Translations under genes and position numbers: made by a program | The notes under the pieces: generated by a model | Databases searched by the model: none | What the model was told of the DNA's origin: nothing | The model's input: the letters and a program-made list of their open reading frames with translations, nothing else | Source: Dictyostelium discoideum | Taxonomy: Eukaryota | NCBI GenBank assembly: GCA_000004695.1 | Contig: CM000153.2 | Coordinates: forward strand, 4,992,001 to 5,056,000 | Direction: 5' to 3' | Length of the DNA: 64,000 bases | Part shown: one piece after another, positions 1 to 15,467 of the stretch | Numbering within the stretch: the first letter of the stretch is position 1 | How the letters are laid out: each line of letters opens with the position of its first letter

Positions 1-544
1 TTTGTTGTTATTGTTATTGTATTACTTTATTGATTAATATTATAAAGTGAAGTGGTAATCCGTAATTATATATTAGTAATAGTTTTGTAATAAGTCATGG
101 TGTGATGATAGGGATCTTTGGGTGTGTGAGGTGGTGGTGAAATCCTTTGTTAATGGTACTGGTGATGAAATTGGGTGAAAAAAGATCAATTGGATGGTTG
201 ATTATTGAATTGATTTAGAGTTGGTTGATGATTTGGTTGGGTTTGACATAGTAAACTATATATTGGTTTGATATTGGTTGGATTCAAATTGTTTAAAAAA
301 AAAAAAAAAAAAATAATAAAAATAAAAAAAAAGTTTTGTTGGCCTAAAGTTGGAGATTTAAAAATGAAAAGAAAAATTTTATTATCATATGATAATGAAT
401 TAATTATTTTATAATAATTTTGTGTAACTATTTGGTAAAAAATGTTTATTTATTTATTTTTTTATTTTTTTATTATTTTTTTTTTTCCTTCTTATTTATT
501 TATTTTATTTTTTTTTTTTTATAAAAAAAAAGATTATTTAACTT

Positions 545-2267
<1,723 letters not shown>

Positions 2268-2530
2268 TTTTACTTTTGTGTAAAAAAAATTTTATTTAAA
2301 AAAAAATAAATAAAATAAAAAAAATAAAAAGGTAAATAATAATAATTTTATGATTAGTGTAAAATTAAAAAATGGTATATTTAGATTTAAATTAATTTTA
2401 AATAAATACCAAAAAAAAAATTAAATTTACTAATGTATAAATATATAATATGATTTGTTTTAGATGTACAAATTTATGAATAAAAAAAAAAATAAAAAAA
2501 TAAATCATTGTACAGTGTAACACATAAAAA

Positions 2531-2563
<33 letters not shown>

Positions 2564-3252
2564 CTATTTCCTAACACCTAATACACCCATTTTTACAAAT
2601 TAACACAAAAAAAATGTATATAATATATTTATATATTCATATTTAAAAAAATTGCTTCCAATAAAAAATTACCAAACCAATAAAAGCTCATTCTCTAAAA
2701 AAACACCACCAGATTTCAAAAAAAAAAAAAAAAAAAAAAAAAAAAACAAAACAGTTTGGAATTATTTGAGGGTTAATTATTTTTATTATAGTTGTTCATT
2801 GTTTTATTTTCATTTATGTCTAGATTTTCAATATTATTATTTTTATTATTAAAAAAAAAAAATAAAAAAAAATAAAAAAAATGAGTTATAACTTGGTTTT
2901 TTTTTTTTTCAAAATACAAAAATCAATCATCATAACAATTATGGGGTTAGATTAAAAAAAATTATTTAATGTGGGTGTGAATTTTTATAATAATATAACA
3001 AACCTACACAAAAACTTGGTGGTGAAAGTGGTAAAAATAAAATAATCATAATTGTGTTTTTATATTCTTTTGATTTAATTTATTTTTATTTTTTTTTATT
3101 TTTTTTTTTAATGTTGAGTAGGTTACATCACTTTTTCAAACATCATTCACACCCAAATATATATATATATATATATAGTATAAAGGAAACAAATTAATTC
3201 AGAATGCCACAAAAAAAAAAAAATAAAAAAAAAAAAAAATAAAAAAAAAAAA

Positions 3253-3283
<31 letters not shown>

Positions 3284-4052
3284 AGGTAATTAGAAAAGAA
3301 TTGTCCAATGTTAATTCTCTGTTATCCCAATCACCGACAATTTCGAACATGATTTCTATGTTGTACATTTATTAGATCAACAACAACAACAACAACTACT
3401 ACACAACTGAATTAGAATGTCAATTAGATCCAAATTAATGTGTTTGTAATTTAATTACAACCAGTAAACAGGTTCTGGTTTAATATTCCCGAATAATATT
3501 CTAACATTATCAAGTCAATCATATTCAAATAGTACCGTTGCATTAATTTAAAACCAATGGTTACTGTTATTCTCCAACCATTAAAAACAATTAATAAAAG
3601 AAAAAAAATTAAATAAATAAAACAAAATGAATAAAAAATTTAAATTATAATTAATTTATGAATAAATTTATTTAAAGAGTTTTGATTGTGATATTGGATA
3701 TTGTAGTGGGTATTACTGTTTAAAAATTTTAAAAAAAAAAAAAAATAAAAATAATTACTTAAAATATCAATTTACTATATCACTAAAAAATTAATAGTAA
3801 TTTTATTTTATTAATTACCTTTTTAATTTTTATTTTATTTTTAAAATAAATATATACACATATGTATTTTATTTTATTATAGGTAATTATTATAGGTAAT
3901 TATTATTATTATAATTTTGTTTTTTTATTTTTATTTATTTATTTATTTATTTATTTGTATAAAATTTTTATAAAATATAAATTTTCTTTTTTTTTTTATT
4001 ATTTATTACTTATTATTATTTATTATTTATTATTTCTTTATTTTTTTTTTTA

Positions 4053-4460
<408 letters not shown>

Positions 4461-4819
4461 TTACTATTTTTATTACTATTATTACTATTATAATTATAAA
4501 TAAATATCAATATTATAGTATTTATGAATATTGAATTATTCAAATAATTTGTATTATTTGCAAAGGTGATGTTTTGAAACAGAAAAAAAAAAAAAAAAAT
4601 TAAAAACAAAAATAAAAATAAAAAAAAAAATAAAATAATTTTTTTATTTTTTTTTTTTTATTTTTTTTTTCGACTTAGGAGCTATTCTGTCGTGGTTTTA
4701 AAAAAAACCCTATTTCATTAACTGACAAAACGGTTTTTTATTTGAAATCACTGATTGATATGAGTAACAAAATATCAGAAAAAAAAAAAATCGTCGTTTG
4801 ACACAATTTTTCAAAAATA

Positions 4820-4856
<37 letters not shown>

Positions 4857-4971
4857 TTTAATCAAAACCCGAAATTTATTTTGGTTTTTTTTTTTTTTTT
4901 TTTTTTTTTTTATTAATTTATTATTGTGTGCGTTTTAAAATAAGACAACCAAAAACCAAAAAAGAAAAAAG

Positions 4972-5762
4972 ATGGCAACAAACAAATTTGTATTTTTATT
5001 TTTATTTTTTATAATTGTTATTGTTACTGTGACAAGTTCAAATAATATAATAAAAGTTATTGATAGCAGTGATAGTAATAGTGATAGTGATAGCGATAGT
5101 AATAGTGGTAGTAGTAATAGTAAATATAATTTTATATCATCTACAATTACAAGTTTAGAATTATCAAAAGTTTGTCCAAATGAAGATTCAATAGATTATT
5201 ATCGTATTGGTGAATGCATTGATGGATATATGTACAATTGTGACATTGAAAACCAAAATGTATTGGTCAGTAGTTTTGGCGATTTCGAATGTTCAATTCT
5301 AAATACAACTACCACTTTTCCAATTGGTTGTTCATCAAATTCAAATTTAACCTCCTATTATAATTGTGTTGAAGAGATAACTCCAACACCATTATCTTAT
5401 ATTATCACTACTTTTGGTGCTCGTCAATGTGATAAAACTCAAATAATTCACCAAAGATTTGTAAAATTAGGTAAATTTTAAAAATTAAATATAGATTTTC
5501 AAAAAAAAAAAAAAAAAGAAAAAAAAAAAAAAAAAGTGTGTATCTAACTTTTTATTATTATTTTTGTTTTATTATTACTATAGATAATTGTGGATCATCT
5601 ATGTATCCAATAATATATGGATCATGTAATTCAACTTATTATTCTTACACCTATTATAATACAACAACTTGTGAAACACCTATTTATGAAATGGCAGATG
5701 TTTTAAATGTTTGTGTAGAATCTGACATATTCAATCAATCATATTTATCTCAATGTATATAA
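4972..5762 (+). CDS. Small secreted Cys-rich protein; 2 exons (4972..5470, 5584..5762)
   Basis: Signal peptide MATNKFVFLFLFFIIVIVTVTSS, then an SDSNSDSDSDSNS acidic stretch and many Cys. The donor TTAG|GTAAAT and acceptor ctatag|AT keep the frame (…VKL-D-NCGSSMYP…). Confidence 0.5.
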
Positions 5763-7048
5763 TAATTTTAAATTTAAATAAAGAATCTAATAGGTTTTTT
5801 TTTTTAAAGAGATAATTCATGGGTTTTAGTATTAGTTTTTTATTTTTTAAAAATTTAATTTTTTTTTTTTGAAAATTAAATTTAATAAAAATAAAAATAA
5901 AAATTAAAAAAAAAAAAAATTAATCCATTTTAATCAATTTTTTTTTTGGGAAAAAAAAAAAGAAAAAAAAAAAAAAATAAAATAATTAGGACTGATTTGA
6001 ATTAAAAAAAGTAAAAAGTATAATTTTTTTTTTTTTTGGAAATCAAGATCAAAAAATGTTACTTTTTTTGGGTTTACCAAATTTGGTTGATCTTTTATTA
6101 AAAAAAAAAAAAAAAAAAATTTCAATTGGAATTTTTTAGTATAAAAAGACAAAAAATTATTCATTATTTTTAAAAAACAAATATAATTTCAAAAATAAAA
6201 AAAATTAAAATAGAAATTTTACATTTTAGGAAAAAAGAAAATGTAAAAAAAAAAAAAAAATTATAATTCTGAATAGACAATATTAAAAGGTAATTTTAAT
6301 TTTAATTTTCTTATTTTCAAATATTTTATACAAATAAATAACTTACCATTCTCTTTCCAATTATTAGGCAGAATGTAAAATTTCTTTTTGTCCTTAAACT
6401 GTCCCAAAAGGTGTAATTAAATGTCAATACTATAGTTTTTATTTTTTAGAAAAAAAAGATAGTCTTATTAAGTGGTAGTTTATTTAGTATTGGTCGGTAC
6501 TAATTCAATGTCTGAGAATCAAAGGATTTTATTTTTTTTATAAAATAAATCTTTCAATTCTCAGGCTTTGCTAATTGGTAGATTGGTATTAAACAGCTTT
6601 CACTTAATGATAATATTTTTAAATTAAAAATAAACTATTTGATTGTCGACAATAAACTATAATTTAACATGGTAGTTTGGACTTAATGCAAAGGTAAACT
6701 ATAACAATACTTTAATTCCAATACTATTTAATAAATATTGCAATTTTCTAATTATATATTATTTTATAAATTTTTAGGTTGATCCAAGAATTCAATACCT
6801 GTCAACAATACTATTAAATAAAATAAATTAAAATAAATTAAAATAAAATAAATTAAAATAAATTAAAACAACAAACGAAACAAAACGAAACAAAACGAAA
6901 CGAAACAAAACAAAACAAAACAAAATAAAATAAAATAAAATAAAACAATCATTTTAATATTTTAAATTAATTTATTTAAATTCTTAAAAGTTCATTTTTT
7001 AATTCAATCCATTTCCATTATAATTTTAAAAAGTTCTTCATATTAAAG

Positions 7049-7108
7049 AGATTAATAAGATGAAGAGATTAATCTTTAATAAAAGGAAGAGATTAATCTT
7101 CTCTTAAA
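7049..7108. promoter_or_regulatory. Three spaced copies of a 10-bp palindrome AGATTAATCT (first copy imperfect), 85–145 bp upstream of tRNA-Phe
   Basis: The motif 'gagattaatc' is read three times at 7053, 7073 and 7095. The core equals its own reverse complement. Confidence 0.3.
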
Positions 7109-7192
7109 ATGATGTTGGTTTATAAAATAGAAAAAGTAAGGTTTTTATTGAATGGGGACGATTTTTTCTTATAAAAAATTGAATTTCATCAA

Positions 7193-7266
7193 GCCTTAGT
7201 AGCTCAGTTGGTACGAGCGTGAGACTGAAGATCTTAAGGTCGCTGGTTCGATCCCGGCCTGAGGCA
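7193..7266 (+). tRNA. tRNA-Phe (anticodon GAA)
   Basis: Cloverleaf read by hand: acceptor GCCTTAG/CTGAGGC, D-arm GCTC-AGTTGGTAC-GAGC, anticodon stem TGAGA/TCTTA with loop CTGAAGA (GAA), T-arm GCTGG-TTCGATC-CCGGC, discriminator A. Confidence 0.85.
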
Positions 7267-7298
7267 ATTTTTTTTAATAAAAAACCAATTGAGATCAT

Positions 7299-7311
7299 AG
7301 GTTCGATTCTA
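7299..7311 (+). promoter_or_regulatory. External B box (exB), GGTTCGATTCTAG, about 33 bp downstream of tRNA-Phe
   Basis: It matches the B-box consensus GGTTCGAnTCC. Dictyostelium tRNA genes commonly carry an extra B box 20–40 bp downstream. Confidence 0.6.
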
Positions 7312-7347
7312 GTTTAATAAATCCAAAAATTGAAAAAGGTTCTTTTA

Positions 7348-8625
7348 AAGTGACCAAAGCAATCAAAACTTCAAGTATCCACAAATCTCCAGGTTTAGAC
7401 GGTATCAATGCACTATTCTACAAGTACCACATCAACTCAATAGCAAGAATATTGACTATAGCTTTCAACGACCTCCTCACAAATAAGAAAGAAATCCCCA
7501 CAAAATTCAAAGAAGGAGTAATAACAACAATATTCAAAAAAGGAGATGAACTAAACATTTCAAATAGAAGACCAATCACCCTTCTCAATACAGATTACAA
7601 AATTTTAAGCAAAATTCTCAACAGTAGATTATTAGATATCACCAGTAAAATTATCAACAAATTTCAAAACGGCTTTGTTCCAAACAGGTTCATCCAAGAC
7701 AATATTCAGATCATGAAGGAAGTAATAGAAATAAGTAACAAAAGAAAGAACAATACACTCATTACCTTTTACGATTTTAACAAAGCATTCGATTCAATCA
7801 GCCACAAGAGTATCACAAGAACATTAGAGCATATTGGTATCCCCCCAAAATTCACAGCGATCCTACTAAACCTACTCAAAGATACTAAAAACAAAATAAA
7901 GATCAACGACTTTTTAGTCAATGGAATAACAATCAGAAGAGGAACAAAACAAGGAGACCCAATATCACCAACAATCTTAGCTCTAGTTTTAGAACCACTT
8001 CTAATAGATATCATCAATGATAATCAATCAAGAGANNNNNNNNNNNNNNNNNNNNNNNNNNNNNNNNNNNNNNNNNNNNNNNNNNNNNNNNNNNNNNNNN
8101 NNNNNNNNNNNNNNNNNNNNNNNNNNNNNNNNNNNTAAAAAATTTAATACAATTGAATAATAAAAATATAACCGTTTAACAAACACCGCCGAAAAGACAC
8201 AAGGACATTCATTCCTTGAAGGTCTGATCACAGGTAAAAAAAAAAAAAAAAATAATCATAATATATCTAAAATTTAAAAAAAAAAAAAAATCCACAGATG
8301 GTCAATGGATACCTTAGACATATCAAAATACAACAGAACTGAGAGAATCTTCCCCAATCTCATAGGAATAATAGCACACCAATTATGGAAGATAATCTGT
8401 CACAAATTGTTCAACACTGATGAAAGCAAACCAGAGCCAAAATTCGAACAAAAGGTCATAGAAACAGAATTACTAAATCTCATCGAAACTGAAAAATTCA
8501 TCACACTAAAGAAAATCAAACACGACGAAGCAATACTAAAACACCAATCAAGATCTTCACAAATACAAATTCAACAAAGCCTGGCAAACCCCAGCAGCTC
8601 CGAACCCTCTTCCAATTTAAGTAGT

Positions 8626-8671
<46 letters not shown>

Positions 8672-8787
8672 GTTTAAAAAATTTAATACAATTGAATAAT
8701 AAAAATAAAATCGTTTAACAAACACCGCCGAAAAGACACAAGGACATTCCTTGAAGGTCTGATCACAGGTAAAAAAAAAAAAAAAAA
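7348..8787 (+). mobile_element. Tandem pair of 5'-truncated TRE3-type non-LTR retrotransposon copies. Copy 1 is about 7348..8259 and includes an assembly gap. Copy 2 is about 8262..8787. The pair is flanked by a 16-bp target-site duplication.
   Basis: Copy 1 carries a reverse-transcriptase ORF (SPGLDGINALFYK…, FYDFNKAFDSISH, KQGDPISP, motifs of non-LTR RTs). Both copies end with nearly the same 3' module, …tttaatacaattgaataataaaaat..cgtttaacaaacaccgccgaaaagacacaaggacattc(att)ccttgaaggtctgatcacagg followed by poly(A). Copy 2 (ORF 8305..8667) is the C-terminal part of ORF2. The 16-mer gaaaaaggttctttta occurs at 7332..7347 and at 8788..8803, directly flanking the insertion. The position, about 70 bp downstream of a tRNA gene, fits TRE3 target preference. 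Confidence 0.75.
8036..8135. other. Assembly gap (100 N) inside TRE3 copy 1
   Basis: A run of N. Confidence 1.
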
Positions 8788-9178
8788 GAAAAAGGTTCTT
8801 TTATTAATGGCTATAAACACAGAATTGGAGATGACTAGCCTCAAAATAACACCACAAACCTATATATATAGGTTAGAATTTCTAACCAGTCAATATCAAA
8901 AAAAGAAATAATTTTTAACCACTTTTTGTGCAAAAAAAAAAATAAAAAATAAAAAATAAAAAATACAGTCTGTGGTGTTTATTTTTGTAACCAAAGCTTA
9001 AAAATTATGGTGTTTTAAAAAAAAAAAAAGAAAAAGAATGTTCTATTTTTTAATATTTGTCAAGGGTTCTCAGCTTAGTGGTTTAATTTAAATAGTCTTT
9101 AGTGTTCTTTATTTTACAATTAAGATTTAAGGAGGAATTATTAATTTACAATATTTTTCTTTTTAAAAATTTTAAATC

Positions 9179-9412
9179 TTATGGGTTTCTTAGTGAATTA
9201 TCAGATTGGAAAAATTTTGTTATTACTTGATAGCCTGAAATATTAATAGCACCATAATTTGTAAGACCACTTGAAATTGGTTTACCAATTGTAGCATTAT
9301 AGCTTTTTTTATTTAGAGTTAAATTTGAAACTATATCTTTAATTATAATAATAATTAGTAAAAGAGTAAAAATTAATTTTAAAAACCATATAAACTTACT
9401 TAAAATTGTCAT
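9179..9412 (-). CDS. Possible small secreted/membrane protein, 77 aa (hypothetical)
   Basis: True ATG at 9412 and a hydrophobic N-terminus (FIWFLKLIFTLLLIIIII). I recognise no domain, and the region is AT-rich, so this ORF may be chance. Confidence 0.2.
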   Translation of the reverse strand: MTILSKFIWFLKLIFTLLLIIIIIKDIVSNLTLNKKSYNATIGKPISSGLTNYGAINISGYQVITKFFQSDNSLRNP

Positions 9413-9922
9413 TTTTCTTCTTTGGAAACAAATAATAAAAATAATAAAATAAAAAAAATAAAAAATATTTATATCCCTTTAATAAATTTTTATTTTTTTT
9501 AATTATATCTTTTAATATTTATTTTTTTGATAATTTTTTTTTTTAAAAAATTATCTTTTTTTTTGTTACAGTTAATTAGTTAAATAAAATTTTCAATGAT
9601 AAAAAAGGTTTAAAAACATAGATGATCCAATTATGGAAGGAGTCAAAAAAAAAAAAATAATAACATTAATGAAAAACGGTTTAAAAAAAGATTATATCTA
9701 TTAAAAATAACAGTTAACTCTATCATTTATTAGAATGGGTAGCAACATATATTTCATCAGAATAATTTTAAAATTTTTAAATCGAGATTGTGTGTTTTTA
9801 TATTTTTTTTTTTAATATATTTTTTTTTTTTTAATTATTTAAATAAATATTTTTTTATTTGTTTGGGGGTTATATTATTATTTTTTTTATTTTTTTTATT
9901 TATTAATTTAATTATTATTTAT

Positions 9923-12900
9923 TAATTTAAAACTTTTAATTTATTTTTTATATTATTTAAAAGTTTTTTATTATTATTCTTTTTAACAAAATGGTAGGCC
10001 AAAGATATTGAAATCACAGCTACAAATGCTACAGAACCAATAATGATACCAGCTAACTGGCCAGAAGAAAGACCAGATTTTGAATAAGTACAAATATTAT
10101 TTGAATTTGAGTTTTTACTATGATCAATAAGTAGAGAAAAATCTTTTTTTTTTTTTTTTTTTTAAAAATATATAAATAAAAAATAAATTAGTTATTATTT
10201 AGAATAATTAAAAATAATTTTAAAATTTTTAATTATTATTTACCCGGATCAATAATAACATATTCTTTATATTGAGGTATTGAAATTGCTATAAATAATT
10301 GATCTGAATGTGGTGTTGTGTCTATTGTTTTTAATGAATTAAATTCTGATTTTTCTAATATTGTATTTGAAATTGATTTTGGTAAACCATCAATTAATGC
10401 TCTTTTTATGAATCTACCATATAATGAATGATCACCTACTTTAATTTTTAAGTAATTTGAATTATCAATAGAATTTGTTTCACCAAATTCATTTCCAGAA
10501 CAAATATCATTAGTTTTTGAAGATAAAAGAGATGCTGACATAATTAATTCAAGTTGATTTAATTGATTTTTAAAATTATAATTTGAAAATGAAATTGTAT
10601 ATTTTATAGTTGATGGATTCATAATGAGTGATTGATTTGCAAATGAAATATTTGTTTCTTTTGTAAACCATTGTAAAGTTGTATTTATATAGGTTGTTGT
10701 TGTTGAAATTCCATCAATAGTAGTTGGTGGAACAATGATTGATGTTTGGTATAGGTTAGTTTCATTATTAATTTTTGTAAGGTTCCACTTTTCAAAATAA
10801 TATTCATTTACAACCTTTGAATTAAAATCAATTTCTCTAATTCCAATCAATGAAACAATTGATTTAAATGAATAATCTTGAATATTTGATGTTGATGTTG
10901 AATTTGGTGTTATTATAATTTCAGTGGTTGGGTCATTTGGATTTGGTTTTGGTTGTGGAATTATGATTACTTGTGAACTACAATCATTACCAATCCAAGG
11001 TGAATAGCAAACACATCCAACATTTGTTAAACAATAACCTTGATTTTTACCACCACAAATTGGTTCACCAAAACATAATTGTGGTGGATTTGTTGGTAAT
11101 GGAGTTGTTGGTGTGGGTGTTGGAGGTAAATCATATGATATATTGAAAATTTTTGGTACAACTGTAAATTTGTTTGAAATGGAAATTAGATTTCCACTCA
11201 TATCAAATTCCATAATATAAATTATAAATGGTTTTGTAGTTGCATTTACCATTACCGAAAAAGCACTAGAGTATACAGTAATTGGGGGTTGTTCATATTT
11301 ATTTAATGTTTCAGTGTAATTGATATAAACAACAAATGAAGAATACATATTTCCATTAGGATCAATAAAATCTTTATAAAAATTACTACCCAATACCCAT
11401 AATAAACCACCTTTTTCATTAATTGTACTTGTATCTGTAATAGTCATAGTATCAGGCATAAAATCAATAATTAAACCATTATATCTATTTGTCCAACCAT
11501 TTGATCCCAGTGTGTGAGAAGAGTAACCACTATAGTATCCTAAATTATTTATAAATCCATAAACACTAAAAATAAATTCACTTCTAAAACCAAAACCATA
11601 TGGTACATTAATACTACATGTATATCTACAAGTATTTATAGAAGATTGAGAAAATAATTTTGAATAACATTTAATAGAATCAAAAAATAATGTAGATATG
11701 TAAATAATTGGAGTTTGATCAATTCTAATACCAGAATCCAAATCTGTTACAGTGAAATTAAAATTGAAAACACCATTTGGAAATTCATACATTTGGAAAT
11801 CTGTTAAAAATGGAACTGTATTACCACCGGTATTTGAACAAAAGTTTGGGACAATTCTATTATTGAAATCCATAAAATTAATGAACGGATTTTGAATTGG
11901 TTCTACAACATTACCATTTTCTGAAAATATAGCTCTATTCATTTGAGTATCATATAATTCAACATATGTGATTGAATAATTTTGTGGAACACATGATAAA
12001 GGGATTGGTATCCATAATTGATAAAAACCAGATTTATCATCACCACTTGATAATTTAACATTAATTTCATTTCGAAGTAACTGTCTCTTATAATTTTGTC
12101 CTGTTGGTTCTAAATAGAAAATATAAGTTGAACTATCTAATTCACCTGAAATTTTAATAGTACCATTTTTAAAACCATTGATTGGATCATAAATATTAAT
12201 TTTCAAACCAACTTCAAGACTAGTTGAAATTACACTTAAATTATTTATTACAGGACCATATCCATCATAATTTTTACTAATACAAGTTAATTGAACTGAT
12301 TTTGATAGGTATGAACTAAAAAGTGTTGCTAAATTTCCATCAACGATATCTTTTATATATGACCATCCACCAAATACTAATTTCCAAGGAATAACTCCAC
12401 TTTGAGTATTTGATGGTATTTCAAATTCAACTTGAAATAATTTAATTGTTGAATTCCATTTTGAATAATAAACTTTACCAATACCATCATTCTCTATTTG
12501 ATTTAATGAAACCCTATCTAATAATTGAAAACCAATAACTCTTTCCTTTTCAATTGGTTTTGTAAAATTAAAATAAATTATATTTGAAACTGTTTTATTA
12601 GTAATATCAACAACTTGATGTAAATAACTTAAATCACTTATTGAAAATATATCAACATCTAAAATTAATAAATAATAATTATAATTTGTTAATATAAATT
12701 TAAAATAAAATGTAAAAAATTCTTTTTTTTTTTTTTTTTTTTTTTTTTTCAAAAAAATTTACCTTGTAATTTTGGTGGGTATGGTATTCTTTTTAGTGAT
12801 TTTGGACTTGTAATTTCACCAATTTTAAAATCTTGAGTATATCCATAAATATCTTCATATGTTATTATCTCTGGATAATGTAAAAATGTATCAATTACTA

Positions 12901-13571
12901 TTTCATAGGTATAATAATCTGTTGAAATAAAGGTATCCATTGAAGTTGATTGTGCAACCAATCTTTCATGACCATATTCTTTATTATTAATAATAAAACA
13001 TTTTAGCATTAAAGTTTTGTCTATTTGGATTTGAAATAAATATTTAAATTCAAATAAATGAATAACATCTACTGAATATAATGTTGGTTGTTTTATAACA
13101 GCTATTGTTATGAAAATATAAAAATAATATTAATATTAATATTTTTCATTTAAATTTTAAAATAAGAATATAAAAATTAATAAATAACCTTACAAATTGG
13201 AGATGGAATGTTAAAAAAATAATTAAATGGTTGAATTGAAAAACGACGAGTCTTTGAAGTTTCATTTGGTAAAAGGAATGATATTGAAAGTGAAAATCCT
13301 TTTAAATTTGAACCATCTTCAAAACCAAATGGAAAAGTTTCTTTTAATAACCCCTTGTCATATATTTCATATGTATACACTGAAAGATCATACTTTGAAA
13401 CATTGATAAATTGTGTTAGAATTAAATTTCCTTTCGGAGTCAACAAAATATGAGACTCAACGAAAATATAGTTAAAAACCAAAAATTTTTCTTTTTTTTT
13501 TTTTTTAAAAAAAAATAATATGTTTGTTAAAAAAATAAATAAATAAATAAATAAATTAATAAATAAATTAA

Positions 13572-13614
<43 letters not shown>

Positions 13615-13948
13615 AATTAATAATACCAATTATATATATATCGTTTGAACCAATAGAACTCCTCAAAGTTTCATTATAATAAACATAAACATTAGCATTC
13701 GAATTTTTTACAAATAAATATCCAACTGGATTTATATACGTTGTTGTACCATTAATTGAAAAGATTGGTTTTGGTTCATTAATTGAAAAATCATTGTTTA
13801 CAAAAATAATAATTGGATCAATATCTGTAGTTTGAGTTGAAACTGTTTGCAATGGTCCAAACCCATTACCCATTACTTGATATGAAGTAGTTCCAGGTGG
13901 ATATGTTTCTAATTGATATGAAAATTCGTCACTATTTCCTCTTGCTAT

Positions 13949-13994
<46 letters not shown>

Positions 13995-14356
13995 AATTAA
14001 TTAATATTGGAAAATTAAATTAGATATTTAAAAAAAAAAAAAAAAAAAAAAAATAAGAAATACATTACATTCATAAAGATATGGAATTATAATATTATAC
14101 CAAGATTCACCACCATCTGACACATTAAAAAAATTAAATTCCATATTACCACCAGTATAAAATGGTTCAATAATAATTTTAAATGAATTATATGAAATTG
14201 GGGAAAATGCCCTCTCTGCATGTGGGTCTTGTAATCCATTTAATGGTCCATTTAATCCATCAATTATTAATATTGCACAACCATCATCTGTAAATCTATT
14301 TGATCTTAAATTTGGATATACCCTAAATTTCATATTATTAAAATCAATAGCTACAT

Positions 14357-14404
<48 letters not shown>

Positions 14405-14849
14405 AATTAATATTTATTATTTTAAATAAAAAAAAAAAAAAGTATTAAAAAAAATAAAATAAAATAAAATAAAATAAAATAAAATAAAATAATTTACCTA
14501 AACAATTAAAATTAATAGTTAAAATGTCCTCACCATTATCGACCTCACCAGTGAAATTTCCAATTGGAAAATTCCAAAGTTTAACAGTGAAAATAATAAA
14601 AGAATCATTTCTAATATTTGGTTCTCCTGTGGTATTATAAAAACTTGTAAATTTTAAACCACTTGCAATTGGTGATAAAAATTCAAACTTAAAATCACAA
14701 ACGGGGTCATTAGATCCTAATTGATATTTATTATAAGTTGAAAACTTTTGATCAGATACATCTATTATTTTTGTTTTAACTGAAATTAAATTGTTTAAAA
14801 AAAAAAATAATAATAACAGTGTTTGAATGATTTTTATTTTGCGATCCAT
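9923..14849 (-). CDS. Large type-I membrane glycoprotein with one EGF-like domain (gene A); at least 8 exons. Modelled exons include 14849..14498, 14350..14069, 13944..13627, 13490..~13190 and a large block 12752..10236. One or two small exons near 13020–13120 are uncertain. A final TM/tail exon is at ~10142..9923.
   Basis: True ATG at 14849 followed by a signal peptide (MDRKIKIIQTLLLLFFFLNNLISV). Donors are GTAAAT or GTATT and the frame is kept across each modelled junction. The EGF-like motif reads CFGEPICGGKNQGYCLTNVGCVCYSPWIGNDCSS, followed by a PTPTPTTPLP linker. The last exon (donor CCGG|GTAAAT at 10236) codes a TM segment LAGIIIGSVAFVAVISISLAYHFVKK and a short tail, with the stop near 9923. 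It is a paralogue of the gene at 21005..25830. Confidence 0.6.
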
Positions 14850-15467
14850 TTAGAAAAATAATGAGAAATGACCATTTAAAAAAAAAAAAAAAAACAATTG
14901 CTTTGAGGGAAAAAAAAAAAAAAGAAAAAAAAAATCAAAAAAAAAAGTCAAAAAAAAAAAATCTAAAAAATAATTTAATGAAGATATTTTCCTGATAAAA
15001 AAAAAAAAAAAATTCGAAGAACAAATAAAAACCATATCTAAAAAAATATTTTTTTTTTTTTTTTTTTTTTCTCTTTAATGATAATTCTTATTTTAATTTT
15101 TATTTTTTTTTATTAACCATCATTCTTTTTCAATTTTTTTTGACCAGATATTAAAAAAAAAAATTGGAAAAAATATTTATCTTTTTTTTTTTATTTTAAA
15201 AGGTATGGTGAAAACTCTTTTTTAATCTTTTTTTAATAAAAAAAAAAAAAAAACTTAAATTTACATTATTTGCAAATCAAAAAAAAAATTAAAATAGAAA
15301 TTAATTTTTTCTTTTTTATTTTCATTTTATTTAATAACCAATTCTTTGAATAATTTTTTTATTTTTTTTTTTTTTTTTATTTTCCACTTTTTTTTTTTTT
15401 TTTTTTTTTTTTTTGATTTTTATTTTTTTTAAAAAAAAATAATTATATAAAAATTTCCATAGAAATT

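Noticed and set aside
2652-2852. Short ORFs lying in homopolymer A/T tracts (2652..2852, 5934..6164, 14850..15035, 26261..26443, 26896..27105, 28672..28857, 31820..32020, 39719..39973, 45101..45376, 58727..59033, 8516..8725, 53637..53834)
   Set aside because: They translate to poly-K or poly-F. These are intergenic or intronic AT-rich DNA, not coding sequence.
6780-6960. Spaced short repeats (aaataaattaaaat…, aaacgaaacaaaac…) that look superficially like a CRISPR array
   Set aside because: The genome is eukaryotic and these are AT-rich microsatellites. They lack the regular repeat-spacer structure of a CRISPR array, and no cas genes are present.
12749-14849. Treating the minus-strand ORFs 12749..13009, 13177..13629, 13568..13873, 14028..14333 and 14445..14849 as separate genes
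   Set aside because: They connect through short GT…AG introns in a consistent frame, with the signal peptide only in the first and the TM only in the last exon. They form one multi-exon gene.
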